In this document: positions 49,038-62,489 of the stretch, piece after piece | Layout: the number at the start of each line of letters is the position of its first letter | Position numbering within the stretch: position 1 is the first letter of the stretch | NCBI RefSeq assembly: GCF_023055435.1 | Contig: NW_025963890.1 | Span: 33,914,001 to 33,978,000 of the forward strand | DNA: 64,000 bases | Source of the DNA: Haliotis rufescens | Lineage: Eukaryota | Direction of reading: 5' to 3' | The notes under the pieces: generated by a model | What the model was told of the DNA's origin: nothing | Databases searched by the model: none | The model's input: only the letters and a program-made list of their open reading frames with translations | Made by a program: the position numbers and the translations under genes

Positions 49038-51830
49038 TCATGCTCTTTTTAATTGCAACATGTCCTGAGATTTGTACACCAGACATTTGTTGATTACTGC
49101 TGTTGTTATGGTTTGTGGTTTTAAAAACTCATTCAGGCAAAAGGAGATGTGTGGGATAAGGTGCGGCACCGAGGCCTCTTTCAAACCTGAACTGCGCACC
49201 CTACCCATCAGGACCGGACACACGTCGGTGGATCGGCATTCAGCAAGGTACACCTGCTCCTTTTCATCCTGGGGCGGCTGGGACAGGCAGGAGATCTCCA
49301 GTCTGGGGGAGTCGTAAGAGAAAGTCTGCCACAATCGGGATGGTGATTTGATCATCAGCTTTTCCTCTTTGTCGTCTCCAGTGGACAAACTTGTCCCATC
49401 GGTTGTCGTATATGAGGGATGAAGAGGGTCTCCACAGCTGAAGAGGCAGACTGAGAGAAGCCGGAAGCTTCCATCTTCTGCACGATACTTTCCCGGTGGT
49501 GAGATGAAGATTCTGATAAAAGATGTCCGACATAGTGACATGATCAACAAGAAGACACCTTGGTGAAGAGTCCATTCCGTTGCTACAATTTGACCCCGGC
49601 GAGAAAGGCTGTCTGCCATTATGTTAAACTTCCTGGGTGAGGCCTGCAAAGGCAAACAACTGTGTAGTCTGTCATCGGGGAGCTGGTGTTGTTATGGTGT
49701 CCATGGCTATGAGGACCGAGGAGCGAGAGAGTAGGACTTTCCAGTGTCTGAGAGCATAATATACTAGCCACATAAAGAAACTGCACGGAGAAAATATATT
49801 CTGGATTGAAATACAACACAGCAAGAACAAAATGATGCAGACGCTGTAGCAGCTGAATGATAAGAAAATGTCAACGGGACCTGAACAACATCTGTTACGA
49901 TGACGTCAGAAGATCAAAATGGAGTAGGGGGTCAAACGACGAAGTCACAAAGTCAATAACGGGTATGACCACCCTGTGCGTGAATCACAGCAGTGCATCG
50001 GCAACGCATGGAGTCCACCAAATGGGCATGGAAGGCCTGGGGAATGGCCTGCCATATCCTCCTCAAATCCTGTGCCAAGTCACGGACGTTATCTGGAGGA
50101 TGTGGAAGACGATGCAGACGGCGCTCCATTTCATCCCACACATGCTCTATTGGGGAGAGATTTGGAAAATTTGCAGGCCATGGCAGTAACATGACATTGT
50201 TATGGTGAAGGAAATCCATTGCGACCCCAGCCGTGTGAGGACGAGCGTTGTCCTGTTGAAATGTCAATCCCGGGCCATGACGTTGCAGGAAAGGAATGAC
50301 CACAGGCCTCAGAATCTGATCTCTGTAGCCAACACCGGTGAGACTGCCCTGAACAACCACCAAAGGGGTTCGGTGCTGTGCTGTTATCCCACCCCAAATC
50401 ATCACGGAGCCACCTCCAAAACGATTCCTCTCCACAATACAGTTGTGTGCATAAAGTTCTCCCAAACGCCGGTAGACACGTTGGCGCCCGTCACTGTGGG
50501 AAATGTTGAACCTCGATTCAACATTTCCTCACTATATTCGAGGTTGGCAAACATGATTTCGACACCATCTTAGAGGGTTGACGCGATGACGGTGTGTCAG
50601 GATGGGACGTATGGCAGGGCGTCGTGGTCGAATCCCGTACGGACGTAAACGATTCCTGACAGTGTTGGGATGGATACGGCGCAGTCCAGGAATTGTCTGG
50701 GACGTTGTTACTGCCGTTTTGAACCTGTGTCGGAGATGTGTAACTCGAATCCATCTGGCCTGTCTTGGCGTCGTTACTCTGGGACGTCCTGAACGTGGGT
50801 GGTCGGCAACGTCATTTGTATTCTGATAACGCCTCACCAATACCGATATCGTGTTACGATGGCATTGGAAATGTGTTGCCACCTGTTGTTGCCTCATTCC
50901 CGCTCGGATCATTCCAATGGCTTCATGACGCTGTGCAGCTGTCAATCTTGGCATGATTTGCTTGTGATATGCTTGTGTCTGCGCCTGAGAAGTTTTGAAT
51001 TTTTGAATGACCACAGATCATGCTTTCCAAAGTGACAGCGAAATTTGAGTTGCACATGCTGTGTACAGCGGCACAGGATGCACGTGCAGTAACACATTGC
51101 ACGTTCATAGGCCCCCCATCAATGACGTCATATCGCATGGCACGTGCATGAGCGTTTGAATGTCTCCAATAATTGCTGTGTTCAGACCTATATTTCATAT
51201 GTGGATGGTGTGCCCTTATATCTATATTTTCTCCGTGCACAGATTCTTTATGTGGCTAGTATATATTGCCTTCATTTCCCTGCAAAATGACCAAAGACCC
51301 TTGATCTTGAGATCGTCCATGTCAGCTCCCTATCCTGAGTCGGAGGCGTCCGTAAACCAATTGATGTTCTGGGGACGGGATCCCTGCGTGTCCATCAAAG
51401 TAATTAATTAGTTTAAGAATTCAAACGCTCTGGTTGGGGCAGAAGAGACATCGTCCAACAAATGGGCCGAGATGGGATCGTGTGTATCATCGAAAGATCT
51501 TTGACAAAGCGACCTCCCGAAGGACAGAGGCAGCCAATGTGGAGTTGTAATCCGGCCCCAATCTTTACGATGTCTTGTACTGGTACGATCTGACTAGGTC
51601 GGATGAACCAGAAAACTGAGGTACGTCATGGATTGAATCAAGAAGACCATACTCTGATGGAGTTGGCCTTTGTCTTGACCCGCCGCAAGGAAATCGTCCC
51701 GATACCCATGAAGACGTACAAGATGTAGATGGACGAAGCTGATAATTGGAGCCATAACCCTGGTGAAGAGCCAAGGGGCTATTGCAGTCCTAATGGCAGG
51801 ACACGGAACGTCTCACGTTGACAGTGATGA
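49038..51830 (-). mobile_element. Highly decayed DIRS1-type relic (RNase H and YR N-terminus) interrupted by a Tc1 element
   Basis: WFTDASDSG*GA...GLWS at ~51360-51280; NIMADSLSR...TEWTL at ~49630-49560; YDNRWDKFVHW...IVADFL at ~49410-49315. Confidence 0.7.
49762..51261 (-). mobile_element. Tc1/mariner DD34E transposon, 1.5 kb, defective transposase
   Basis: ~37-bp TIRs tactagccacataaagaa...tgcacggagaaaatata with TA TSD. HTH/GRPR at 50954-50532; ESRF, GGGSVMIWG, QQDNARPH and PIEHVW with 34-residue D-E spacing. A stop plus deletion near 50520-50540 removes the first catalytic Asp. Confidence 0.95.
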
Positions 51831-53818
51831 GGGTCTGGAATACCACCCTAACTATCATCATCAATATTGTAATCATTTCATATTTAATGTTTCTTTTTAA
51901 TGATACATAACTTTATCGTTTGAGAGATACAGAGATAACTTTAAAATAATTTTGAAAATAAACGTTTTAGGCGTCACAAACATGTATCTGGTATTAATTT
52001 TGTGTCATTTTGAATGTTATTTAAGAGTTTTCTATATGACAATGATGTGAAAACATTTATATAGACAAGGATGCCGGAGACAAAATACATCTTTTAATTT
52101 AAAGGGACCAGTTGGGCAGTAAGAAACAGATCGCGATCGCCGTTACGTTGTGAGGAATGATGAAAGGTCCCCGATGAAGCAAACGTAAAATATTGCTTTC
52201 CCTGCATGTTGTGCAGCGTCTATGTGCTCACTTTATGCTGCCTTAATGAAAGTGCGCCCGACAGTGTCACTGTGGTACATTTATGATATCTCAAAACAAT
52301 TTTAATTTCAAAGGACAGATTTCATAATTGTTACAGTCCATACGTAACAATTAAGTCTTGTTTCAGTCATAAAACTTTCGCTGATTCCTCCAAAACGGTG
52401 ATCGACCATGTGGTCCTATTACCGGTAGCCTTCCCCAAAGAGAGATACTGCTTGTATGGTGTTTTGGGACAGAAACTGTCAATAACTGTATGTTTGTTTT
52501 ACAAGTGTTTTAATTCAGTTGGGTTGAAGTATATTATTGTTCTGCTTCAGTGTGGATGTGTGTCCTTACACAGCTCTGGCATCAACACAAGTTTTCAAAC
52601 ACCACATGAAATGAAAAGAATGAAGACACAGTTATCTTTGATAATTTTATTATTACCATTGTGGGAGTTTGACATGCAACAGGAGGTGTCATCATGTTAC
52701 ACAAGGCTTTCCTGAACACATACATGAATTTAAAGTTTATGAAAAATAGCAAATGGAGCTAGTAGTTGAATACAGCCAACTAGGTTAGGATTAATGAAGC
52801 AGTGGGTTCCCCCTCCTGCTGCTAGCACAGAGTGATGAGGAGTCTGTACATCCTACATGTGTATACACAGCAGTCACACAGGCTGCTTCCCCCTGCTACA
52901 ACATGCACACACACACAGACAGCCGCTGTGGCACCCAATGGTCAGCCCAAATCTGACTATAATACCATGATTCAATAATTCTAGCTTAGTGGTTCCTGGT
53001 TGGTATTGAAGATAGGGGCATACTCCACCCAGAGATGCAAGCTCAGGCAGTTATAGACTGCTCTACTATGCAGACAGCAGACAGCAGCAGCAGACTAACA
53101 TACACAATACTAAACAAAATCACATGGTGAGATCCTGGCACTGTCACATTATGAGAGTTGCAAGTTGCGCTCTTGCTCCACTGATACATGAAGCTACACA
53201 ACATATCCTGCAGCACTGAAGCAGCCATGGCTATAGAACTTGTTCATAAACATTGTATAACAAATAACAAACTGTCCATGCTACTATCACGGTGTTGTTC
53301 CACTTACCAGATTTCAGGGACTAAGGGTACTAAATCAATATTCAACAACAAATAAATGATTTTGATCATTAGTTTGCTCTAATACATGGAAGACCTTAAC
53401 CAGTTCTAAAAATTCCTGGAAGTGAGTTCAGTAGGATTCAGTGTAGACGTATCTCCCAGACGTGTGGTAGAAGCACACAGCTGACAACAGTGCATGAGCC
53501 AGCCTGCCACACAGCTTGTATCTGAACACATTATTGCATATACACAAACTTCAATATTTACAATCAGTAATGCATGCAGATACACAACGAAGCAAAGTAT
53601 TTACAATATATACCAATGTTGAAAATAAAATTTGTCAAATCTTTAAACACAGATTTACATATGATGTCTGTCCTTATGGAACGAATATAGAAGTGAGATT
53701 ATTTGATATAATTTCAGAAATATACAGATCATATTGAAGGTAGAACCTGTTACATACTTATATTTGCCGGGTCAATAATATTCTGTTACTAGGGCTACTC
53801 ACAACCACAGGTACCACT

Positions 53819-53849
<31 letters not shown>

Positions 53850-54279
53850 GTATATGTATATGTATATGTTGGCTACAATGATTGGGCTATGTCTGATCTC
53901 ACCAATAGCTAACAGCAGAAATTCTGAGTATTTCTGGATGCAGACTAATACTTATCTGGGCAGCTCAACGACAAAGGAGACTCCCATGTTACCAATCCAG
54001 TGAAGGCACGATGGCTACTATGTGTCATCTAGGAAGTGTACAAGCTCACAGCCTGTCACAGTGCTGGACCATTTCTATAGTTGACTAACAGGAGCACACC
54101 TGACATCCTCTATCAATGGAGCCTGCATGACTTGCTCTTTTGATTTATATAAGATGTTATAAAAACTCAGAATTGAACTAGTTAATAAACATGGCTGCAG
54201 TGCCTTCTGTGTGTAAGAGTGGACAGGCCACAGCACTCGACATGCCTGGAATGTCTCGCTAAACCACAGCTTACATAGC

Positions 54280-55915
54280 AATATTACCTTGTGTCACTGT
54301 GAACCCAGTAATATTACCTGTGTCACTGTGAACCCAGTAATATTACCATGTGTCACTGTGAACCCAGTAATATTACCCTGTGTCACTGTGAACCCAGTAA
54401 TATTACCATGTGTCACTGTGAACCCAGTAATATGACCCTGTGTCACTGTGAACATGTAATATTACCTTGTGTCACTGTGAACATGTAATATTACCTTGTG
54501 TCACTGTGAACCCAGTAATATTACCTTGTGTCACTGTGAACCCAGTAATATTACCTTGTGTCACTGTGAACCAAGTAATATTACCTTGTGTCACTGTGAA
54601 CCCAGTAATATTACCATGTGTCACTGTGAACCCAGTAATATTACCCTGTGTCACCGTGAACATGTAATATTACCTTGTGTCACTGTGAACATGTAATTTT
54701 GGCATGTGTCACTGTGAACCAAGTTATATTACCTTGTGTCACTGTGAACCCAGTAATATTACCATGTGTCACTGTGAACCCAGTAATATTACCATGTGTC
54801 ACTGTGAACCCAGTAATATTACCTTGTGTCACTGTGAACCCAGTAATATTACCTTCTGTCACTGTGAACCCAGTCATATTACCGTGTCACTGTGAACCGC
54901 GTAATATTACCATGTGTCACTGTGAACCCAGTAATATTACCATGTGTCATTGTGAACATGTAATATTACCTTGTGTCTCTGTGAACATGTAATATTACCT
55001 TGTGTCACTGTGAACCAAGTAATATTACCATGTGTCACTATGAACATGTAATATTACTGTCACTGTGAACCCAGCAATATTACCATGTGTCACTGTGAAC
55101 CCAGTAATATTACCTTGTGTCATTGTGAACCCAGTAATATTACCATGTGTCACTGTGAACCCAGTAATATTACCATTTGTCACTGTGAACACAATAATAT
55201 TACCATGGGTCACTGTGAACATGTAATATTACCTTGTGTCACTGTGAACCCAGTAATATTACCATGTGTCACTGTGAACCCAGTAATATTACCTTGTATC
55301 ACTGTGAACATGTAATATTACCATGTGTCACTGTGAACATGTAATATTACCATGTGTCACTGTGAACCCAGTAATATTACCTTGTGTCACTGTGAACCCA
55401 ATAATATTGCCTTGTGTCACTGTGAACCTAGTAATATTACCTTTTGTCACTGTGAACCCAGTAATATTACCTTGTGTCACTGTGAACCCAGAAATATTAC
55501 CATGTGTCACTGTGAACATGTAATATTACCATGTCACTAACCCAGTAATATTACCATGTGTCACTGTGAACCCAGTAATATTACCTTGTGTCACTGTGAA
55601 CATGTAATATTACCATGTGTCACTAACCCAGTAATATTACCATGTGTCACTGTGAACCCAGTAATATTACCTTGTGTCACTGTGAACCCAATAATATTAC
55701 CATGTGTCACTGTGAACCCAGTAATATTACCATGTGTCACTGTGAACCCAGTAATATTACCTTGTGTCACTGTGAACCCAGTAATATTACCATGTGTCAC
55801 TGTGAACCCAGTAATATTACCTTGTGTCACTGTGAACCCAGTTATATTACCATGTGTCACTGTGAACCCAGTAATATTACCATGTGTCACTGTGAACATG
55901 TAATATTACCTTGTA
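54280..55915. repeat. 29-30-bp minisatellite (aatattaccttgtgtcactgtgaacccagt), ~55 copies
   Basis: Direct reading. Confidence 0.97.
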
Positions 55916-56371
55916 AGTAAGGATAACATGTATGGATAACAACTTCTTTATTACCTTCTATCACCTCTTTTGTGTACATAACAGGCTTCTCGACTCCAGT
56001 GTAACCACATCCCAATCTACTCAACTGCATAAACACTGCCTCATACCTATACATATGCTTGTCAACCATACTTTGTACATCACTTGCTTGATAATGGTGT
56101 TAGAACCTACAACAGAAATGTCACTCCTAATTGTAATAAAGAAGTTGTTCATCCATATATCTTATCCTTACATAGAACTCCAACTTCTAATTGCGCCTCA
56201 GAGAAGAAAATATTACATTGTGTCAGTGGACCCAGGAATTTTACCAAGATCACTGAAACCGCACTGAACATTAATTTTTACTCTTATATAAAGTTATCTA
56301 TTAATGCACTGGCCCCTTAACAGAACAAGACATTTCCAGGAGATAGAGGACATTGCATCCCTCCCAACTGA

Positions 56372-57590
56372 TGTAAAGCTTCCCTCACAGACATGTTCCC
56401 TCCATAAGATCCAGGCAGCAGGTTAACGTGGTGGGAGGTGAAGCTTCCCTCACAGACATGTTCCCTCCATAAGAAGATCCAGGCGGCAGGTTAACATGGT
56501 GAGAGGTGAAGCTTCCCTCACAGACATGTTCCCTCCATATGAAGATCCAGGCAGCAGGTTAACGTGATGAGAGGTGAAGCTTCCCTCACAAACATGTTCC
56601 CTCCATAAGAAGATCCAGGCGGCAGGTTAACGTGGTGGGAGGTGAAGCTTCCCTCACAGACATGTTCCCTCCATAAGAAGATCCAGGCGGCAGGTTAACG
56701 TGGTGGGACGTGAAGCTTCCCTCACAGACATGTTCCCTCCATAAGAAGATCCAGGCAGCAGGTTAACGTGATGAGAGGTGAAGCTTCCCTCACAGACATG
56801 TTCCCTCCATAAGATGTTCCAGGCAGCAGGTTAACGTGGTGAAAGTGAAGCTTCCCTCACAGACATGTTCCCACCATAAGAAGATCCAGGCAGCAGGTTA
56901 ACGTGATGAGAGGTGAAGCTTCCCTCACAAACATGTTCCCTCCATAAGAAGATCCAGGCGGCAGGTTAACGTGGTGGGAGGTGAAGCTTCCCTCACAGAC
57001 ATGTTCCCTCCATAAGAAGATCCAGGCGGCAGGTTAACGTGGTGGGGCGTGAAGCTTCCCTCACAGACATGTTCCCTCCATAAGAAGATCCAGGCGGCAG
57101 GTTAACGTGGTGGGGCGTGAAGCTTCCCTCACAGACATGTTCCCTCCATAAGATCCAGGCAGCAGGTTAACGTGATGAGAGGTGAAGCTTCCCTCACAGA
57201 CATGTTCCCTCCATAAGATGTTCCAGGCAGCAGGTTAACGTGGTGAAAGTGAAGCTTCCCTCACAGACATGTTCCCACCATAAGAAGATCCAGGTGGCAG
57301 GTTAACGTGGTGAGAGGTGAAGCTTCCCTCACAGACATGTTCCCTCCATAAGATGTTCCAGGCGGCAGGTTAACATGGTGAGAGGTGAAGCTTCCCTCGC
57401 AGACATGTTCCCACCATAAGAAGATCCAGGCGGCAGGTTAACGTGGTGGGAAGTGAAGCTTCCCTCACAGACATGTTCCGTCCATAAGAAGATCCAGGCA
57501 GCAGGTTAACGTGGTGGGAGGTGAAGCTTCCCTCACAGACATGTTCCCTCCATAAGAAGATCCAGGCAGCAGGTTAACGTGGTGAGAAGC
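56372..57590. repeat. 65-68-bp minisatellite, ~18 copies
   Basis: Unit gtgaagcttccctcacagacatgttccctccataagaagatccaggcggcaggttaacgtggtgggag. Confidence 0.97.
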
Positions 57591-59702
57591 ACAAGCAGGT
57601 GTACACAGGAAGAATGCCAGCTGTGTGGGTATTATGGTCATCATGAGGTGAAGGTGTGTGTGTCAACACTTCTCACAAACAACATGGCTGCACAAAGCTC
57701 AGTGGAGAAATAGTACATGCCAAACAGAGAAAAATAAGCTCTGACAGATAAAGATAACAATCACCAACAAATTATCAAAATATCACACTCAACTTGGATA
57801 CCTTGAGAAGATATCTAGGTCTTTTCTAGATAAACAAAGTGATCATACCATATAATCCAGGTTATAGCACCAATAAGCTCTTCACTTTCCCTTTTTCTCC
57901 CATCTCAGGCCCCTCCTTCCCCTCATCCCGGTCCTCCCCACCCCACCCCCCTCACATCCCATCTCGACCAGCCTACCCACGCTCCCATGCCCAACTGTCC
58001 CTGTGTCATCCAACACAACCAGCCTGTGCCCACATAGACAGGATGACAAACTCAAAGCCAGTCAAACATTCAACATCAGCAGGATTGACAACATATTCAT
58101 CACTGGAGACAACCCACAAGACCAAGGTGGATTTCATCATGGTTGGTATTCTGGGTATTTAGGAGGTACACTGTAAAAACTAGCCATCCTCCAGCACTAG
58201 GCATTTACATAATTAGGCACTTAATCCGATACATTGAGACCTGGAGAAGAATTCTTCAGTTTTATTGTCAAAAGCTGACATACACTAGGCATAGAGATGT
58301 TTGTGCAGCATACAAAGCTATTAAACACAATGTAGTTCCTGCAATGACCACTACATGCGAGTATTTTGATTCCAACAAGCTACCATTGCCAGACCTGCCA
58401 ACCTGACACTACAGAAGAACTTACTATTTTGAACAAGGAGTCCATTAACTATCAACTTCCAAGGGTCCTGTATAAAAGCCACAGAAATGCTCATAAAATC
58501 TTTGGCTGTGTTGGTAAATGCTTTTACATAGCCTATTCTCACTCCAAGAGTGGAGAGCTATGTCTGTCCCGTGCCTCCCTCCAGATGGCAAACTCTGCTG
58601 CCCTGGTGCATACTGAACACCAATGGCTATGTTACTCTCATATTGCACTGAAAGAATCTTTTCAGAATTTGGCAATGAAGACAACACAATGCACCACTCC
58701 ACACGCGTTTCTAACAGGAGCTAGAGGTGCCTCCGTGGTGTCCTCTGTCACATTTTGTGTTGTAGAACCACCATACTCAGCCCTGAACAAGTAAGATATG
58801 TATGAAACACAACATTTACAATCCCACATTGCATAATCATAGTAGCTGCACAAAGATCAGTTGCATATAAATAGTACGATTTCTTAAATATAAAAGCTTG
58901 GCAAAAGTGAAGTGTGATTGGGAATAATTATGAGAACTTCCATATTAATGGTTAATGTAGTCGGCAGCTGGTGTAGATTGTGTGTCACAGCCTGTCTGTT
59001 CTTGTATGCTGATAATCAATGCTACATTGATGCGTCCAACTTCCCAGCACGAAGCACAACTTTGCAGAGGTAGTGGACATTGTCCATTAAGACACACTGT
59101 ACACCATGGTAGAGATTACATATTTCAACAAAAGAAATAAGCCATAAAAAGTCAAGTATTCGATCACAACAACATTGTGCCTCCATGTTTAAGTGGCAAC
59201 TATCTAAGTAATCACCTGGTTTCATCATGCTGGGAGTGAAGCATGTGGATGTGGTTTTCTGTTGTCAGACCTTGTGTCAGTGCAGCAGATCTCCTTCATT
59301 GGTTAGTGTTGGCTTGAGATATGCATGAGAGTACAGGTGTTGGTCAGTGTAGGGTCTGCATGGTACATTCTCACCACTCTACTAACCAGCAGACCCCCCT
59401 CCCTAGTGCTAGTACCAACTAAGGACTATATATGTAGACTGCAATTGGGCTTCCTGTTCTGCCCCAAACTGAGATACTGAAGTTGCTCATGACGTAAGGT
59501 TGGTTCCATCCCTGGGGATCCTGTGGGTCAGGCAGGTTAGTGATATGATACGGTGCCAACAGCCACCAGGAGGCAAAAGTTGGCCGGGGTTAGACTTCTT
59601 TGATAAGACCCTGCATGACAGGGTTGGGACAAGCTAGGCAATGTTGGGTCGAGTCCTCATGACCGAGGGTTGGGACAAGCTAGACAATGTTGGGTCGAGT
59701 CC

Positions 59703-59805
59703 TCATGACCGAGGGTTGGCTGGTAGTGTGGCAGACTTGCTGGCCATGGCGTGGCCACGCTGCTGGGGTCCATAGGAGGAATACTGCTTTGTGCCTCGTA
59801 ATGTC
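59703..59805 (-). CDS. Possible terminal coding exon of a minus-strand gene (TLRGTKQYSSYGPQQRGHAMASKSATLPANPRS* in phase 2; frame uncertain)
   Basis: Strong acceptor tgttttttcttgcag| followed by GC-richer sequence, then several kb of UTR-like DNA. Confidence 0.4.
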
Positions 59806-60233
59806 CTGCAAGAAAAAACACAATATGAGGACAGTGGAGAGCATGGTCTAGATTCTTAAAAACATCTTAGTTTGGCTGAAAAAAGAAAGAAAATTGGTTC
59901 TCAGGCAATAGCTTTTGAAAATATTGTGCGGGCGGGCGGCCATTTTGTTGTTGTTGTTGTTGTGTACACACTAGTAAGAATCCAAATCCGTATATTGCTG
60001 TGTATAAGGCGAGTTTTTCATAACTAGAATTAGGAGGCTTTCAAGGTATGTGTGTGTGTGTGGGGGGGGGGGGGGGGTCGTCTTATACACAGGGTTGAGT
60101 ATTTTATGGGTTTTTTTCCGCAACACATAGACATTACTGTGGGCACGGAACACCGGAAATACCATGTCAACAAATCCGTACTTAAATGCTCAAATTAATC
60201 ATGTAATTACACTGTCTGGTTGTAGAAAGAGTT

Positions 60234-60543
60234 TTGTAGAATTTTCCTATTCGGAATATTCTATAAGAAATACGTTACCACTGTTATACCGAGGCTGCTG
60301 TCTCCCACAACTGCTGCTATAGCGAAATCTACCACAGAGATCTCAATTACCTCATGCAGCACGTGCGTAGCCACCTAGCTGCCATGTGACACCCTTCACT
60401 CTTGTCTCTAGCAAGAGCAAGTGCTCAAGGGACGGTCGAGCGGGCATCAGCCTAGTGGTAACGTATTACTTATAGAATATTCTGAATAGGAAAATTCTAC
60501 AAATTACATTAAGTAATATGTTACCACTGTTATACCGAGGCTG
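60234..60543. repeat. DIRS terminal inverted repeat / internal complementary region
   Basis: 60234-60282 is inverted at 60454-60502; gttaccactgttataccgaggctg is repeated directly at ~60274 and ~60520. Confidence 0.8.
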
Positions 60544-61118
60544 ACTACCAGAGTAGGCGGTGGGGAGCACCTACAACCCGAACCTGACTGCTCGTGTTCC
60601 TTCCGACCAGCGGAAGTAAACAACAAGGCGGAAGCACTCGATGCGCATGCTCCTAGCTCGGTGTTACCCTACAGGAATACCAAAGCACTGTCAAGCGCAT
60701 ACCGTAAGGCTCAATTGTCTTTGCCAAACGGTTGGTGACTCCAAACGGCCCCACTGGATAGGTATTTCATCGCCACAGCGGATGAGAACACAGTATCCGT
60801 GTGAGCTAAATCTTAGATCAGGTTAAACAGTCGAAAAGCAAGCCTACTTAAAGTATGCATTAGGCGCGTGACCTAATTCCAGTATTTGTAAGCATGAATC
60901 ACAAGGTTGGGATACACGACAGACAATTAAATACATAATTGTCAAAATACAAATAAGGACAAAACACACAAAAAGCTGCCCTCACCTGTGGTGTGAGTGC
61001 GCTTGTTTGTGGGACCCTCACTCCTGTACCCAAGGGTGGGAACATTGGAGAAGACCCAGATTGACCACCATGCAAGGTCTGAAGCCTGAGGAGTTCGGAA
61101 TTGCACTGGGCACACCCC

Positions 61119-62130
61119 TTAGATGACCGCTTGGGTCGCGATCAGCGGCCCAAGACGGTGCACACCCTCCACGTCTTCATCAGAAACCTTTCTGAGGTAA
61201 TGATTGGCAAATACCGAGTCAGAACGCCAGTAACAACCTCTTACTATTCTGTGAAGAGAGATATTAGAGTGTAGGGCAAATGTTGCCGCTAGCGCCCTGA
61301 TCTCGTGCGGGTTTGACCCTGCAACCGGTAAGCCCCGAGACCAGTACGCCAGATTGATGACAGAACGAAGCCATAACGCAATCGAGTTGTGAGTTATGTC
61401 AGCAGTCCGATTAGGGTTACACAATATGAACAGACGGTCACGCCCTTGTCTGCGTTCATTTGAAGCCTTAAGATAATACTTAAGGGCCCTAACCGGACAC
61501 AGTGATCTGTCCTCAGTATCAGCAGGATGTGAGATTTCTTTGAGTGATCTTACACTGAATTCTCCGTCCGTATGGCCAAATTTCTGATTCTTAGCGACGA
61601 AGCCCATGAGCAGGCCCAGACGGACCGTTCCTTCGTCGCCCCTATCGAATCGTACTTTAGTGACATCGAGTGCATGAATCTCAGACACACGTGCCGCCGT
61701 GGCAAAGGAGAGGAGAAATGCTGTTTTCTCCAAGTCACATGCCGAAACGAAGCACTACTCAAGGGTTCATACGGAGCTTCCGTAAGTGATTTCAACACTA
61801 AGGAAAGATCCCAGGCCGGTGCCCGAAGGCAGCCTTTCTTAAGATCTTTGGCTCTTTTGAGACAATAGCAACGTCCCGTACCATAGCAACGGAAGAGACA
61901 TAGTTGGCAATGGAACCCCCAGAGAGTTTCCGGGTCTCTCGTAAGTGAGACATGAAACGAGCAATATGCTGCACAGATACCTTATCTGGCGAATGAATAT
62001 GATGTTTACAACACCACTTCGTGAAAATAGCCCAACGTGCATTATACACCTTCTGGGTAGAATCACGATGCATACTAACGTATGCCTGAGACGCCCGACG
62101 AGAAAAACCTTTACACCTCAGCCGCTCGGT
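61119..62130 (-). pseudogene. Tyrosine recombinase of the DIRS1 element
   Basis: STQKVYNARWAIFTKWC N-terminal domain; catalytic R...K...HxxR...W...Y in ORF 61119-61733; frameshifts near 61750-61860. Confidence 0.88.
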
Positions 62131-62489
62131 GACAACATCCACGCGTGCAGATTGAACTGCCCTGCGTTTGGATGAAGTTGACGGGTGTGAGGGTGGATCA
62201 GGAGATCCGGTCTCACAGGCAGTGGAAGTGGCATCTGTGTGGCCTGGGCCAGCAAGTCGGGGTACCACGATCTGTTCGGCCACATGGGCGTGATCAGCAC
62301 CATTCGACAGCGCACTCCTCGGAGCCGGCTTAGAATGAGTGGTATTAACGCCGTCGGCGGGTAAGCATAAGCGTCCATGCCCGTCCAGTCTAACACGAGA
62401 GCATCGTGATCGATGGCCCTCGTGTCCGGGACTGGTGATACAAACAACGGGAGTTGATTGTTGAACCTGGTTGCGAACAGGTCGACCAT
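62118..62489 (-). pseudogene. DNA adenine methyltransferase-like domain of DIRS1 pol
   Basis: VDLFATRFN (motif I-like), DAL..DW, YAYPP (motif IV-like), P.WP...WYP. Confidence 0.8.

Noticed and set aside
54467-55920. CHCEPSNITM / CVTVNPVILP repeat proteins
   Set aside because: 30-bp minisatellite with frequent 29-bp frameshifting units.
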